NCBI GenBank assembly: GCA_016748015.1
Contig: JAAOMT010000772.1
Coordinates: forward strand, 422,386 to 486,385
Length of the DNA stretch: 64,000 nt
Direction of reading: 5' to 3'
Origin: Geosiphon pyriformis uo1
Taxonomy: Eukaryota; Fungi; Glomeromycota
Part shown: positions 26,819-39,702 of the stretch, one piece after another
Numbering within the stretch: the first letter of the stretch is position 1
Layout: every line of letters starts with the position of its first letter
Made by a program: the position numbers and the translations under genes
The notes under the pieces: model-generated
Database searches by the model: none
What the model was told of the DNA's origin: nothing
What the model saw: only the letters and a program-made list of their open reading frames with translations

Positions 26819-26922
26819 ATGTACAGAGATCAAATGGGAGCCTTGATCCTCTACCGAGGAATAGTCTTACTTAATACTACTATTGATGTGTTACAATCCA
26901 TCCGGATATTCAATATCCTAGC
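26819..26922 (+). mobile_element. Short Fanzor 3'-end fragment, copy C, inverted relative to copy B
   Basis: atgtacagagatcaaatgggagccttgatcctc is a collapsed M.RD.NGA..GALIL. It is followed by aatagtcttactta..ctattgatgtgttacaatccatccg (ends 26904) and tcaatat..tagc. Confidence 0.8.
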
Positions 26923-27581
26923 TTTTAATAACCTTTCTCGGAGGTATTATGGATTTCAGGATATCTAATGAACGGAATCAAGCAGCATGGATTAATCAGT
27001 AGAGTGATGATTCAAAGCTCAAAAACCTTTTTGCAAGAGTTCAGGCAACAATCGACACCGATTACTTTAAATAATTTGAATTTCTTTCATTAATTTAAAA
27101 ACTGGATCTTCGTAGACCTGGTGATGAAAAAAATCACCAATTTGCACCAAGTACAACTTTTTAACCCTAAAACTTACAACGAATATAAATTTTAGAGCCG
27201 GTCTCATCAAAGGTACCATCAATAAATAAAATTGTCTTGAGAAAAATATTATTACAAAAAACTCGAAAACCACCAAAATATCTTACATTGTTTAAATTAA
27301 TTGACAAGTTGGGGAATATATAAACTCTTCAACAAGGATAAACAGAGTGGTGGATGGATAAGACAAAATGTAGTGAAAAGATGTCGTGCAGTGTTAAAAA
27401 ATCATTAGTCTCCAAAATTTGCAAAATAAATTGCTTATCAGGAAATGATATTAGATACAGTAAATGATCATATTGAAAAAACTAAAATGATTTCGAACTC
27501 GCAACAGTTGAGCTGGTACAAGGCAAACTACTAGGGCTCTGCTGTAAAACTCAAGGGCTGGCCTAGGACGGGTCTGATCGT

Positions 27582-28762
27582 TCATTTCGCTCCTTTGCCC
27601 TTTTTGATTAACCATTGCAGAGTGATATCAATATTTACCTGGTTCTTTGCTGAGATAGAGTAACAAGAAACCTCACGATTGTTGATGGATTTTAAATTCC
27701 TGCAGGAATAAATCAAATCAATTGATAACTAAATAAAATTTTAAGAACTTTTAGCCACATACATGTCTTCGATGATTTGTTCCACATCTAATGCACCGGG
27801 TAAGTCATTTTTATTGCCTAATACTAGGACTGGAATGTTAGCTAGCTGTGGTTTTTCCAAGAGACTGCGAAGTTCGGTCCGTGCACCATCTAACTTCTCA
27901 TGATCCGCAGAATCAATAACAAATCTTTTGATGTAAATATTGTTTGCGGATATTAATAAAATTATCTGACACAAAATTCCATAGAATCCAATGAAAGCAC
28001 TCACACGATAGCGTTCACACCACGACAATACCGTTCCCACATATTCCTAAACCGCGGTTGACCTCCTATATCCCATAATTTCATGGTGACATTTCCTTTT
28101 GTTACTTTACGCATATTAAATCCAACGGTAGGAATCATGTCTTCACTAAATTGGTTCAACTATGATATAATTTTAAAAAAATTGTATAGTTATGTGAAAC
28201 AAAACAATAAGATTTATTGATCATATAGCTTCCGACTCTCTCTTCCAGAATTTCGAAAAATAGCTGACAAGCTGGTAATTTCTTCCAAAAATCTAGGCTT
28301 TCTATTTGAAAAAATTTGCAAAAATGGAGTTAATTGAAAATCGCATTAAATATGAAAGTAACAAAGAACTTGAAAATTTCCAAGGCTTTACCTGGTTTCA
28401 GTTAAAATTCAGAGCCTTACTAGCTTACAATAGGCCTTTGGAAATAAGGCCAACTGACTATGATGTTTTACGAAAAACTACCAAATAGTGAGCACCAAAG
28501 CATGATACTTACTGCAATTACATTGACCAATGTTGTCTTGCCACTGTTCTGTAAGCCCACTAAAGTAAGCTCTAGTTCAGTCTAATATCAAATTCCCATT
28601 AATCACAAAATAGAGGTGAAAAAATAAAGTAAGCTTTCCAGTTGAGATAGTGTTATGTCCCATACTTATGGAAAATGAAATTATGTCTAAATTGACATTT
28701 GAACTCACCTTAAAGAACAAACTTCTGAGCCAATCCAAAAAAGATTTCCATATGGTAGCCAT
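27582..28762 (-). CDS. ARL8: ADP-ribosylation factor-like GTPase 8 (multi-exon)
   Basis: [83 protein letters not shown]. Confidence 0.95.
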
Positions 28763-29137
28763 TTGTAAAAATTGAGGTGTTAAAATAAGTTACCGAATGC
28801 AAGACTGCAAGTATTGTGAAAACAAAACAACAGATAAAATATAGTATAAAAGATAGGAAAAAGGAGTGATGAGGGTTATATTCAAAGGTTGGGGAGGACA
28901 GAGATACAAGCCTAGCACTAACCAGATTTTCGTTTTTTTATATAAACATTCAATTTTAAACATTTTGTATTGTTCAACAGGTTTATCCAATATCTACATT
29001 CTAAATGTCTAATCTATTTAACAAATAACATTTTATTCATGTGAGAAAACGTAAAAATTATTAACGTGATACAGATTCTTTAGGTTTTGATCTGATTTAT
29101 AAAATATTAAGCGTCTCAAGCTTTCAATTTGAACCTT

Positions 29138-30121
29138 TTATTCTTGCATCTTTTCGCTTTGCCGTAAAGATTTTAAATATTTTTCGCACTTTTTCCGCAG
29201 TTGCGTTGCGGTATGTTGATAAGTGTTGAGTTTAATGTCTCGAAACATTGCTTGATAGTCATCTCCGTATTTTGCGATGCATTTACGCGCAAATGCTTTC
29301 TCGCCTTCAGCTTGATGTGTCTCAGGTTTACCAAAATTTTGAGCTTGTAATTCTAAAGCTACAAAAGATATAGCGAATGCGATACAAAAAAAATCGAAAT
29401 GTTATTGGGTTTATTTGACGTTAAAGTCGTCCATTATTATCAATAATAATAACCATAAGTTTACCTTTAACTACATCCGTCTTTGCGGGAGTTGGTTCCA
29501 TCACTTGGTCGAACACTTCCTCCTCTTCCTCTTCTCGTGTCCGACCAATAATGACATTTATAACGTTTCCATCTTGATCACGTTGAATTATGCCCTCGTT
29601 TGGACCGAGAACTTTTCGTAGCAGTTCAACTTTCTGCTGTGATAAGGTATCATCAGTTGTACTTACGGACCGCGGGTATAATTTTTCAACACCTCCCTTG
29701 ACACCATTCAACGAGGTCATTAAGCCAATCCGGGCATAGCTATTGTCGAGACGTAGTATTTCGTTATAAATATCGATAATTTTAAGAGTTAACGTGAGAA
29801 GTCAAGAATGTTCTAAGAGCAAGAAATTGAGAAAGAACAGTGACACACTACTTTTGTTGAAGAGTAGCCTTTTTGTCCCAATTCTTTGCGATAATATAAT
29901 TTCCCTAAATCCCAAAAAAGTTGCCCGGAACTCGATAAATATTCTATCCCAAAAACCGAGAAACGCAAAAAAGAAAGGCGGTATCGTTCTTAGAAACACT
30001 GTCGAGTTCATTGAGAAGTACATACTGTGACTACAAATTTCTTAAAGTGCTTATTTGCTGTTTTTCGTGTGACTTTCGAAGCTGGATTCCGCGTCTTTTT
30101 TCGTTGACTTGGTCTTGCCAT
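29138..30121 (-). CDS. NOP16: Ribosome biogenesis protein Nop16 (multi-exon)
   Basis: MARPSQRKK, NWDKKATLQQNYARIGL, GGVEK, KYGDDYQAMFRDIKLNTYQHTATQLRKK. Confidence 0.9.
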
Positions 30122-30242
30122 TTTCAAAAGTTAATGTTGGAAACAAAATTTTCAAAATCCAATTTTTAAGTCAACTTTCACCAATCAATAATGATTAACA
30201 TTTGGCAGTATACGGCGATCTCATAGCAACGAAACAAGTACA

Positions 30243-31007
30243 ATGGGCCGTTGGTTAGGTGAATAAAAAGCCATTTTGTTTCCTTGTTGACATACAATTT
30301 TAACCTATTTGACCTTTCCTGGACGTAAAAAGCCAGCCAGAATAGTTTTATTTTATTTAATAAACAAACCGACTGCTGTGTAAATTAAGTACTAATATTT
30401 CCTCACTCTTCCCGTTCTTACTATTCCCTGCTCCAAGACCTCACCTACCTTTTCTACTTTGCATCTCACATCATAGCTACCCTTATTATAGATGCTATTC
30501 CAATCTACCCATCCTTTCTCGTCCCGCGTCTACTCATAGATATAAATACGTGGTATATCGAATTCACCAAAGATCCTCTTCTTACAAAAGGGCAATGGTG
30601 GTTCAAGAGTTTTTTGTTTAGTGAGCTTTTCTTCCAACTTCCGTTTTTCTTTTTGGCGCTTGTTGGGTTGTGGAAAGGTGAGATAGAAGAGAGATTCATA
30701 ATTTTGTCTCAAACCACTCTTAAGATTCACTGTCCTACATAAATCATGTACCTTACTGCCTTATCTAGATAGCCCCAAGATCCGCCTGCCACTACTTGTC
30801 TATTCTGTTCATGTAGGTACAACTACCTGGGCTTGCCTCAGTGAAATATTACTTGGCGAAAATGATCCGGCATTCACTAATGAGAAGCGATATTTTCTGG
30901 CCTCGGTTTATTTCCCTTACTTGATTCTGCCAATTGTGTGTGGCACGGATTCATATCTTCGTATAAGGAAAACCGAAAAGATCACTTGGCTAGAAAAGAA
31001 CAAATAA
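30243..31007 (+). CDS. EXPERA-domain membrane protein, TMEM97/sigma-2 receptor-like (3 exons; missed by the ORF track)
   Basis: Spliced translation MGRWLDLTYLFYFASHIIATLIIDAIPIYP..WYIEFTKDPLL..WFKSFLFSELFFQLPFFF..PLLVYSVHVGTTTWACL..YFPYLILP. Confidence 0.85.
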
Positions 31008-31463
31008 AGGTAATTGTTCATTTATTTATTGTTTTTGATCAAAGTTGTGACTTATGATAAATCTTTGGACAGCAACCAATTTTTATTTTGGTTAATTCAC
31101 ATTATGAATGAAAATCCAATTTGCTTATAATAAATGCAAAACAAGACAGTTATTTACAATGTGATTTAAAAACGGTTTTAAAAAAATTTATGCCGGCAAA
31201 AAGGAGCAGGTTGATTATGTGATTGAAGATTTTAGTAAATAACTATTAGAAACTACCAAGCTAAAAAATTAATTATTTTCATTACTTCCAGTAATTGCAA
31301 GAATGTTGTTTAGAAGTAGATACTGAATTAATACAGAAAACAATAAAAGGGGATAAAAAATATTTTGAAACAGCAAGTCCTTTTATTGGAAAAAAAAATT
31401 ATCCCAGCATTTGATCCTGTAATTGGAACTAAGAGGAGGCCATTATCCTGATATTGCTTTTTT

Positions 31464-33221
31464 TTAATAGACGGGCTCTGTCTTGATTCTCTTTTTGCCT
31501 CGGCCTGTGGTTGTATAATTGTCAATCGCAATACGTGCATAACTCGTCTTGTTAGAGTTGATATCGGGAACATCAAGGTCCTCATTTTCATAGGCAATGT
31601 CTTCTACAAATTGTCTCAAGGTTTCATAAACCTTTGAGTTGAAGCGAATATCGATATGCCGTTGTCGGACATGTTGTTTCATGCGTAAAAGATATTGCTG
31701 ATATTGTGCTATGGACAAGTTGGGGTACTTAGCGATCATCCAACATAAAAATACAAACTCAATTGGAGCCAATTTGTGAGCACGATTGATAAGCTCTTCA
31801 TCAGCATCAATCATAGCTGCCAGAGTTTCAAAAACACGTTTGGAAGTTCGTCTGAGCTCCAAGGGAACCTCACGATCTTCTTTGAGATATTTTGAAATGG
31901 TGGTTGGGGTGGCACGAAAGATTTCGGGCTCAGTCTCAATCATATGGAGAGATTGAGTAATGAGCTGAAAAGGTCGCCCACGTCTGACTTCAATGATCTT
32001 CTCAAGGTTAGGGAAGGTAGTAAATAGAGTGTGAGCATATTCAGCTAATGGGCTACTTATAGCCTGTAACTTTTCTGTAATATATTGATTATTACACCAG
32101 CAGGTATCACGTTTAGTTAGTGGAAAAATTTTATTAGAACAGAACAACAATAAATAATGATCGAGGAACCTGCGGCGGTTAGAGGCATTCCCAATTGAAC
32201 ACGACTGAAGATCTCTTGTTCTTGATTCAACGTTAGGTCGTAGTATTCAACTGAAATATTAGGAATAGATCAGCGTGAGATTGCACTTCTAGTTATTCAT
32301 CTTTATAATATAAAAATCAGGGAGAATCAGTTTTGAATGAAATCAATGATAAGCTACTCACCGCATACAAGCTCAGAACAATCGAAACATTCTCGTTCTG
32401 AATCACTGAGATGCCTCTGATTCTGAGTCGCACCTCGATAATAGCGTTTTTTAAGATTACCCTCTGCAGGGTTAGTATGGGGGATTTCATTCTCCATAAA
32501 CCTATTATGGTAATTATGAAATTTCATTACTAAGATGCAGGTTGGGTAAAGATTCAATTGTTCATTTTATACCTTCGAATGGAAGTGAGCCGCTGTTTTC
32601 CATCAATGCAGATTCTCATCCATCGTGTACTATCCAACTTTTTGCAGGAAAAAATAATGGGAGGTATATAGAAATTCTTAAGAATTGAGTCAATCAAATG
32701 GCTTTGTTTTGTCGCTGTTGGAAGTTGATAATCAGTCAAGAAATATTAAGAAATTTTGATAGGCCTTATTAATGTTGATATGATTTTACGTCTTGAATTT
32801 GAGGAAATCAAGAAATTATACATACGTGTCCAGACGACCTCTTTAAAGACGAGAAGAGATTAGAATGCAATAAAGATATTCAATAAGAGCGTTATTGGTT
32901 AGTAAATGGCGCGTCAAACAAACAACGATACCGGGCAAATAAGCAAATATTGGCGGTCTTTATTTCCGCTTTTTTTATTGACAAAATTTCCTTATTAAGA
33001 AACATCGTGTGTAAAATAAGTTTCAAATGTGACTTAAGTCACTCAAAAGAACTATTTTTCTCTTTATTTTAAAAGACGCGACCTTATATCTTTCCTCAAC
33101 ATAGCATTTACAAACCTCTCTGGAATTCCGGATTTAAGTCAATGGTACCCATCTGCATCCAGTTATAAAGCTTGTAAAGAGTATGAGTAACATTTCTTGG
33201 TTTGTTTAAAGCTTCCTCCAT
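31464..33221 (-). CDS. DUF262 (ParB/Srx-fold, GmrSD N-terminal-like) domain protein (multi-exon)
   Basis: IDLNPEFQREVVWTPTKQSHLIDSILKNFYIPPIIF, CIDGKQRLTSIRRF and EIFSRVQLGMPLTAAEK supply the three DUF262 motifs (QR, DGxQR, FxxxN/Q). Includes a 15-nt micro-exon at 32826-32840. Confidence 0.88.
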
Positions 33222-34050
33222 GTTGACAAAAAAAAAAGAAATATTATTAAAAAGAAAGAAAGAAAAATTGAAAAAAAAAATTGGTTGAATGTAATAATTG
33301 GAAAAAAGTTTCTGCCTTTTTTATGTGAAAATCAAGGGGCAAGAAACAAGGAGCAAAACTACAATTATTATTTGTTCCCCTGTACAGTTAACAATTAGTT
33401 GTTAATGAATTGGCATTTTCATTAATTTGAGTTTGCTCAAAATATTTATCAATAAATTTGAAGTTTGAATTTTGGTGTAATACTAAATTAGAAGGTGCCA
33501 CGACTGCGCCACGTATGCATGGATAAATATTTAATGTGATACTGTGTGTGTGAAAAAACAGTTTTTAAATTATTGGATTAATAATAAAATTGAAGTACAA
33601 AAATAATTAATCAATTATATTTAACTTAATTATAAATTAATAAGTTTTAAAACTTTTAAACAATCAATATTTATTTACATCAGTAAATTGTTTAATATAT
33701 TGTATAAAATATGATATTTAATATTTTAATAAATTTATAATTTAATAAAATTTAAATATTAAATTGTTTAAATATATATTAAAAATAATAAACATATTAA
33801 CTAATTTTTTTGAATTATTATAATAAAATAATTTAAATAATTTTGTTATTTGTTTAATTTTAATCAATTAAATCAATAAAAACGAATTTATAAAAATACT
33901 TGAAATATATATTTTTAAATTTTTAAATTCTTGTATATTTTACTTACATCCACATTGACAAAAATGAAAATTTTCTTCCAAATTATAAAAACTGCTAATT
34001 TGGAACGAGTTTTTAATTAGGTAGACCAATGGACCATTTCCAGTAGGTTT

Positions 34051-35596
34051 TTATACTAGCAATACTGCATTGATACAACCGTCATTTTCAGGATTGTTGG
34101 TGACTAAATACAAATTCAAGTAGTAATTAATTTTAGTTTATGCCGGGTTCATTCTTGGAGAGTTACATTACCTTGGGCATATTTCCCCCATACTACTTTT
34201 CCAGATGTAGTCACAAGGCCTAGTTCAGATACATTTACCTAGAAGTAATAAAGGTAAAAATGAAAATTTGAGTTTCAAAGGATAAAATTTGTAATATAAT
34301 AAGATCAAAAAGCGAATGCCATGGAATTATGAAAATCTTCATATCCGGCTTTAAGTGATAATTAATTTATGGCCAAATAACGGTTCTCGTTGCGGTCCCC
34401 TCGGATACGAGAGGCATTAGTGTGCTGAGTTAGAATGATTGGCCCGGAATAAAGCTATAAACTTGAGCTGGGAAAAAATAAACATGATCCAAATTTGCTG
34501 TTTGATTATTTCTCATTTCAGCCATGAAATGGATAAATATTTTTCAATAGGACAAGAATTGTGCTTAACAGATTCCCGAGACATTTGGAAACGAAAAAGA
34601 AGGAATTAGTCTTAACAAACTTGATTACCTCAATTACAGTCCCTTTAGTAATCACGCCCAATGAAGTATACAATGGGCTTTGGGGATTCTTTTTGACACT
34701 TATTATTGGTAAACAGAATGTTGCAGCTAATTCAGGATGCGTTACGTGGGCTTTCTTATAGCGTAATGCCATAGGCCTCACGAATCTTTCGTATTTAGGT
34801 GGTTTCCGTGTGAATCCATCTCCCACAAATGTCGCTTTTGTGATCATTCGCTTCCATTGTTTGGCTTAAAATCAGAATAGATTAGTAAGAAATACTGAAT
34901 AGAAAATGAAAATTTGCCAAATTTAACATACTTCGATTTTTCCCTGTTTTTAAAACTTTAAACATCTCATCTTCGGCAATGCCCCTCACTTTAGGTAAAG
35001 GAACTGCCCATTTGCCTGCCTTTTCCTTCCGCTTTTGCTTTATCATATTAGACAAAATTTTGGCATTTGTTTGTCCTTCACGATCCAGCAAATATGCCGG
35101 AACAGCTCCTTCAGGAATTGCCTGACTATCTTTCTTTTGGGCTGATTTTTCTTGAACCTGTTTAATACTAGGTTCAGGAAGTGAGAAATTTAGATTATCC
35201 TTTATAACAAAAAAAAAGATGAGAACTTTCAAGACACATATAATGAAAGTTCGAGCTACTCACGTTTTTTTCATTTGAATCTTTTCGGTAAATCGTTTTC
35301 TATTATATAATTTTGCTCGTAGCCCGTGAACTTTTTGCGCGAATGCCGAGGCGGTATGGGCTTCGCGTGCATTTCTCTTTCGCCTTGAGTGAAATAAAGT
35401 TAAATCCTGTCATATACGAACTCATTTGCTATCAGCATTTCTTACTTGCGCTCTTCATGATCCAAGCGCCGGCCATGTTTCTTTATGGCTTCCTCGATAT
35501 ATTCGTTTTGGGGCTATTGAAGTGAAGACGAAAAACGATAAAATTGCATTCTTAGATATAACAGTCCGTTAAATTACAAGTGCGAAACTATACCAT
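34051..35596 (-). CDS. NSA2: Ribosome biogenesis protein Nsa2 (multi-exon; ATG-only first exon)
   Basis: [77 protein letters not shown]. Confidence 0.97.
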
Positions 35597-35799
35597 TCTG
35601 GCAACTAGGAAAAGCTGAATAGTAAATTTGATCTGAATAATTTATAAATTTTATTCACAAAGATCACGCAGATCGATAACAGATAACTTCAGCGCCTTAA
35701 GTGACCAATCAATGGCAGTCACTCAGGCAATTAAAGTATTTACAAGTTTAGAATTATTTCTAGAGTTGCTACTTCAAAAGTTCAGCCCTTTTACCTAAA

Positions 35800-38700
35800 A
35801 TGTCCTGGACATCTCCTGTAAACACGCCCCCCCCTTACGGCCAACCGAGACCAGTATATGGGGTTAGTTTCTCAAACTAATTTCAAAGTCAAGAGATCGA
35901 CAATTTTATTTTTTTTTATAAAATTCTTTTTTAGGCTCCCCCACAAAGACCATATCCAACGATCCCCCCTTACGGTAACCGACCACCTGCCCAACCTTAC
36001 CCCACTACTCAACCTCCACCTTATATACCCCCTCCACAATCAGTAAGCACTGGGTTTTGTCATTCAAGAACTCTACTAAATTCAAATAATCATATCTAAT
36101 CCTTTTTTCCAGCCTGCTTCAGTTTGGACTGAGCATAGCTCACCTGATGGTCGGAAATATTATTACAATACTATCACAAAACTAAGTTCGTGGGACAAGC
36201 CCGATGAGTTAAAGACATCTGAAGAGGTGCCATGTGATAATAGAATTTCATTTACAACTGAACCTTTGATAAAATTGGACGATTTTAACGTATATATTGA
36301 ATAATAGAGGGCGCTTGGTTCTTGCCATTGGAAGGAATTCACGGCGAAAGATGGTCGCAAGTACTATCATAATTCAGTCACTAGTGAATCGAAATGGGAT
36401 ATGCCTCAAGAATATAAAGGTTATATTGCAATAATCCCTTATAAGCATTTCCAAATATACTAATCAAATTTGTCCTATAGAGTTCCTTGAAAGGCTTGAA
36501 GTAGAAAACAAGGCTTTTCAGTAAGTCATATACGTGATCTCATTATAGCGTGCCTCTTTTTCATCAATTCTTACAACACATTCTTTAGACAACAGGAAGG
36601 ATTAAGTCCCAGTAATGGGCCGTTAGCTTCGCCGAATCAACAGGATTTGGAAAAAGCGCGCCAACTTAGTGTTCCCGCAGTCGGCCAGACCAATGTGACA
36701 CCAATGAATGCTAATATGAGATCCTCTGGAGTTGCGGGTCCTATAGGTGGCGCTAATATGCCCATCATACCACCTCGACCCGTGGAAGTAAAGCTTGAAT
36801 TTGAGACCAAAGAAGAAGCGGAAATAGCCTTCCGGCAACTACTCAAAGAATCTGTAAGCATATTTTTTCATTTATTTATCTCTCTGCGTTTTACCTTATC
36901 ATCGCTGATATATGTTGAAAATATTTTTTTAGGGGGTAAAGCCAGATTGGAGTTGGGAACAAACAATGAGAGCAATTATTACTAAGCCTATGTATCGTGC
37001 CCTCAAAACACTGGCCGAGCGTAAGCAAGCATATCAAGACTACATCGATGATCTAAGAAGAACCGAGGAAGTCAGTTTGAAATTTATGCTAGTTCAACCA
37101 TGTCTTTGTGCAATATCTCTAATAAGAAACTTTTTTCAGGAAGAGAGAAGGGGACGAATTACCAAGATGCGCCAAGATTTTATTTCTTTACTCGAATCTC
37201 ATCCCGAAGTAAACTCATCTACGCGATATAGGTAAATATTTTATAAAAACTTAGATTTTCAAAACATCTCAATCATCGAATTCAATAATTTGGTTAAACC
37301 TTAAATAGAAAGGTTTGCGATCTTTTTGGAGAGCATCCCGCTTTTCTTGCCATGGAAGACGATCGACAGAGAGAAGATATTTTTGGGGAGTACGTATATG
37401 AATTACGTAAGCAAGAAAAGGTAATTCTAGAACAAGCCACAAAAAGCTGTGACTCGTTTTTCGTTTTATTTATACTGAGATAAGGAGAATTTGGTTTTTC
37501 TTTGAATAGGAAGCCGCGCGGCTGATGAGAAAGGAAAATATGGAAAAATTCTCCAAACTCCTAAGGTCTCTTCCTAGCATCACTATGAGAACCCTTTGGA
37601 AGGATGCTCAAAACATCTACATGAATACCCCTGAATATCGAGAAGACCTTCATCTCCAAAAAATGGATATGTTAGATTTTTTAGCGGTTTTTGAAGAGCA
37701 TATTAAGTATCTCGAAGAGCAAGATATTGCACGACAAAGACGAGCTGTGGAAGCCAAAAGAAGGCAGGAGCGAAAAAATAGAGACGCTTTCCGCTCTTTA
37801 TTAGAAGAACTACGGAGTAAAGGAATTATTACTGCTAAATCAAGGTGGATGGACATATACTCGATGATTGCAACTGAAGAAAGTTATACAAATATTCTTG
37901 GGCAACCAGGCTCCACTCCACTCGATTTATTTTGGGATATTGTTGAAGAACTTGACGAAATACTATACCAGCAACGTAAAATTGTAACAGATTTTGTCAA
38001 GGTAAGGCATATATCTATTATACTTAGAAGTTAAATACTATGTTTTTATGAAACTTAATATCATTCTAAATCCACATAGTCGAGGAATATGCCGATTTCA
38101 GGAATTTCGTTTGAACAATTTCAAGGAAGCGTCATTTCTGATGAACGTTGCGCGATGGTGAGTGAAGTAAACATGAGGATCATTTTTGATCAGGTAAAAA
38201 TTGATGAAATTCGGTCACAATATTTCAAGTGTTGATTGAAATTCAAACTAAACGATATTTTGATCTAATTAAGTTGCTAAAGAAGCAAGAAAAAAAGCAA
38301 CGTCGAAAAATGGATGCATTCAAGTCAATCTTGAAGCATTTTGAGATGATGATTACCCTCGAGGCTACCTGGGAACAGGTGCGAATATTGCTCGAATCAA
38401 TTCGCTAGTTTAGTCTTTTTGCATATAAAAATTATTCCCAAACAGCAACGTCTACTTCGCTAAGGCTTGTGAGCATACTAGTGAACCTGGTTTGCTTTTA
38501 TTATCCTTGCTGAAGTTTATTGAAAATAGCTGGTCTTTATTTCGCTCTACGTGGTTGGATTTTTCGTTTCATTTTTAAATAGGTTCGACCTGTCCTGGAA
38601 AAAACCGAGGAATTTCACGCAATAGACAATGAAGAGGCACGAATCGAAGTCTTTGATCGGTTCATGGAACGCTTAAAGGTATATCCATTTTTGGTCTGAT

Positions 38701-39347
38701 ACAAAATTCTCGTTTATATTAATTGATTTTTTGTAGGAAAAACGAATAAAAAGAGAGCATGAAGAGAGTGAGGAGGAATTATTGAGAGATGATGACTTCG
38801 ATGAAGATCGTGATCGTAAGCGAAAACATAAAGGTCATAGGTACCATCGCCGAACACATCAATATTCCGATAATTCAGCAGAAAGCCAGGATTATTCTGA
38901 TAGAGAACGAGATAGTGGGGAGAAAAGAAAACGTCGAAAGGTAGATTTTTTATCCAAATTGTGATTAGAACTTAAATTAATTTCACAATTACCCCAAAAT
39001 AGAAACCCAAATACGAGGAACATCGATATGATGACCCTCGATATCAGGAACCTCGATACGTAGAGCCAAGATACGGCGATTCTAGACATATAATAGATTC
39101 GAGACATCATGACGACTATCCTCCACCCACTATAGATGACTATAAAATCCAAGCCCTGAAAATTGAAGAATATAAATTTGAAGCTCTTCGACAACAAGAA
39201 GTTGCTCGGCTCGAAGCACAGAGGCATAAGGAAACACCACAAATTGAAACCCTTTCTCTTATTGACCATCAGAAAACCGAAGAACCAGGCTTGGTGCAGA
39301 ATAAACACGGAGATTCAAGTGAGGAAGAAGGCGAGTATGTGGAATAG
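35800..39347 (+). CDS. PRP40: U1 snRNP-associated splicing factor Prp40 (two WW domains plus FF domains; multi-exon)
   Basis: [26 protein letters not shown] and [28 protein letters not shown] repeats [19 protein letters not shown] and [19 protein letters not shown]-terminus [10 protein letters not shown]. Confidence 0.95.
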
Positions 39348-39702
39348 CATTATTTTGGTTGGTGTTTTAACGCGCTTATTACCTTCTATCACCATTCTAC
39401 AAAATGTAAGTATGCATAGCTTTGGATCACGTGCTTTGCAGAAGGCGCGCCATTTCTTTCGCTTTTGTAAAAAAAAGCTAATTTGTAATAACGTCAATCA
39501 GCAAAGCCCCCAGAAATCTCAAAATTTTAATTGTTACAATTTAATTGAGTTTTAGCAGATGGCTAAATGTTGGAGATCAAATTGGCTCGTGATATGATTT
39601 TTGGTGGGTCACGAGTACTTTGTTAATCAGAATTCAGATATATTGAGAGGATAAATACTAAGTTTATATAACCTGAACTGAAGTTTTAAATTTATTTTTT
39701 TC

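Noticed and set aside
34420-34480. TPP riboswitch-like words (gctgag ... aacttgagctgg)
   Set aside because: They are antisense to NSA2, lack the AUACCAGCG/P4-P5 partner strand, and the host gene is unrelated to thiamine.
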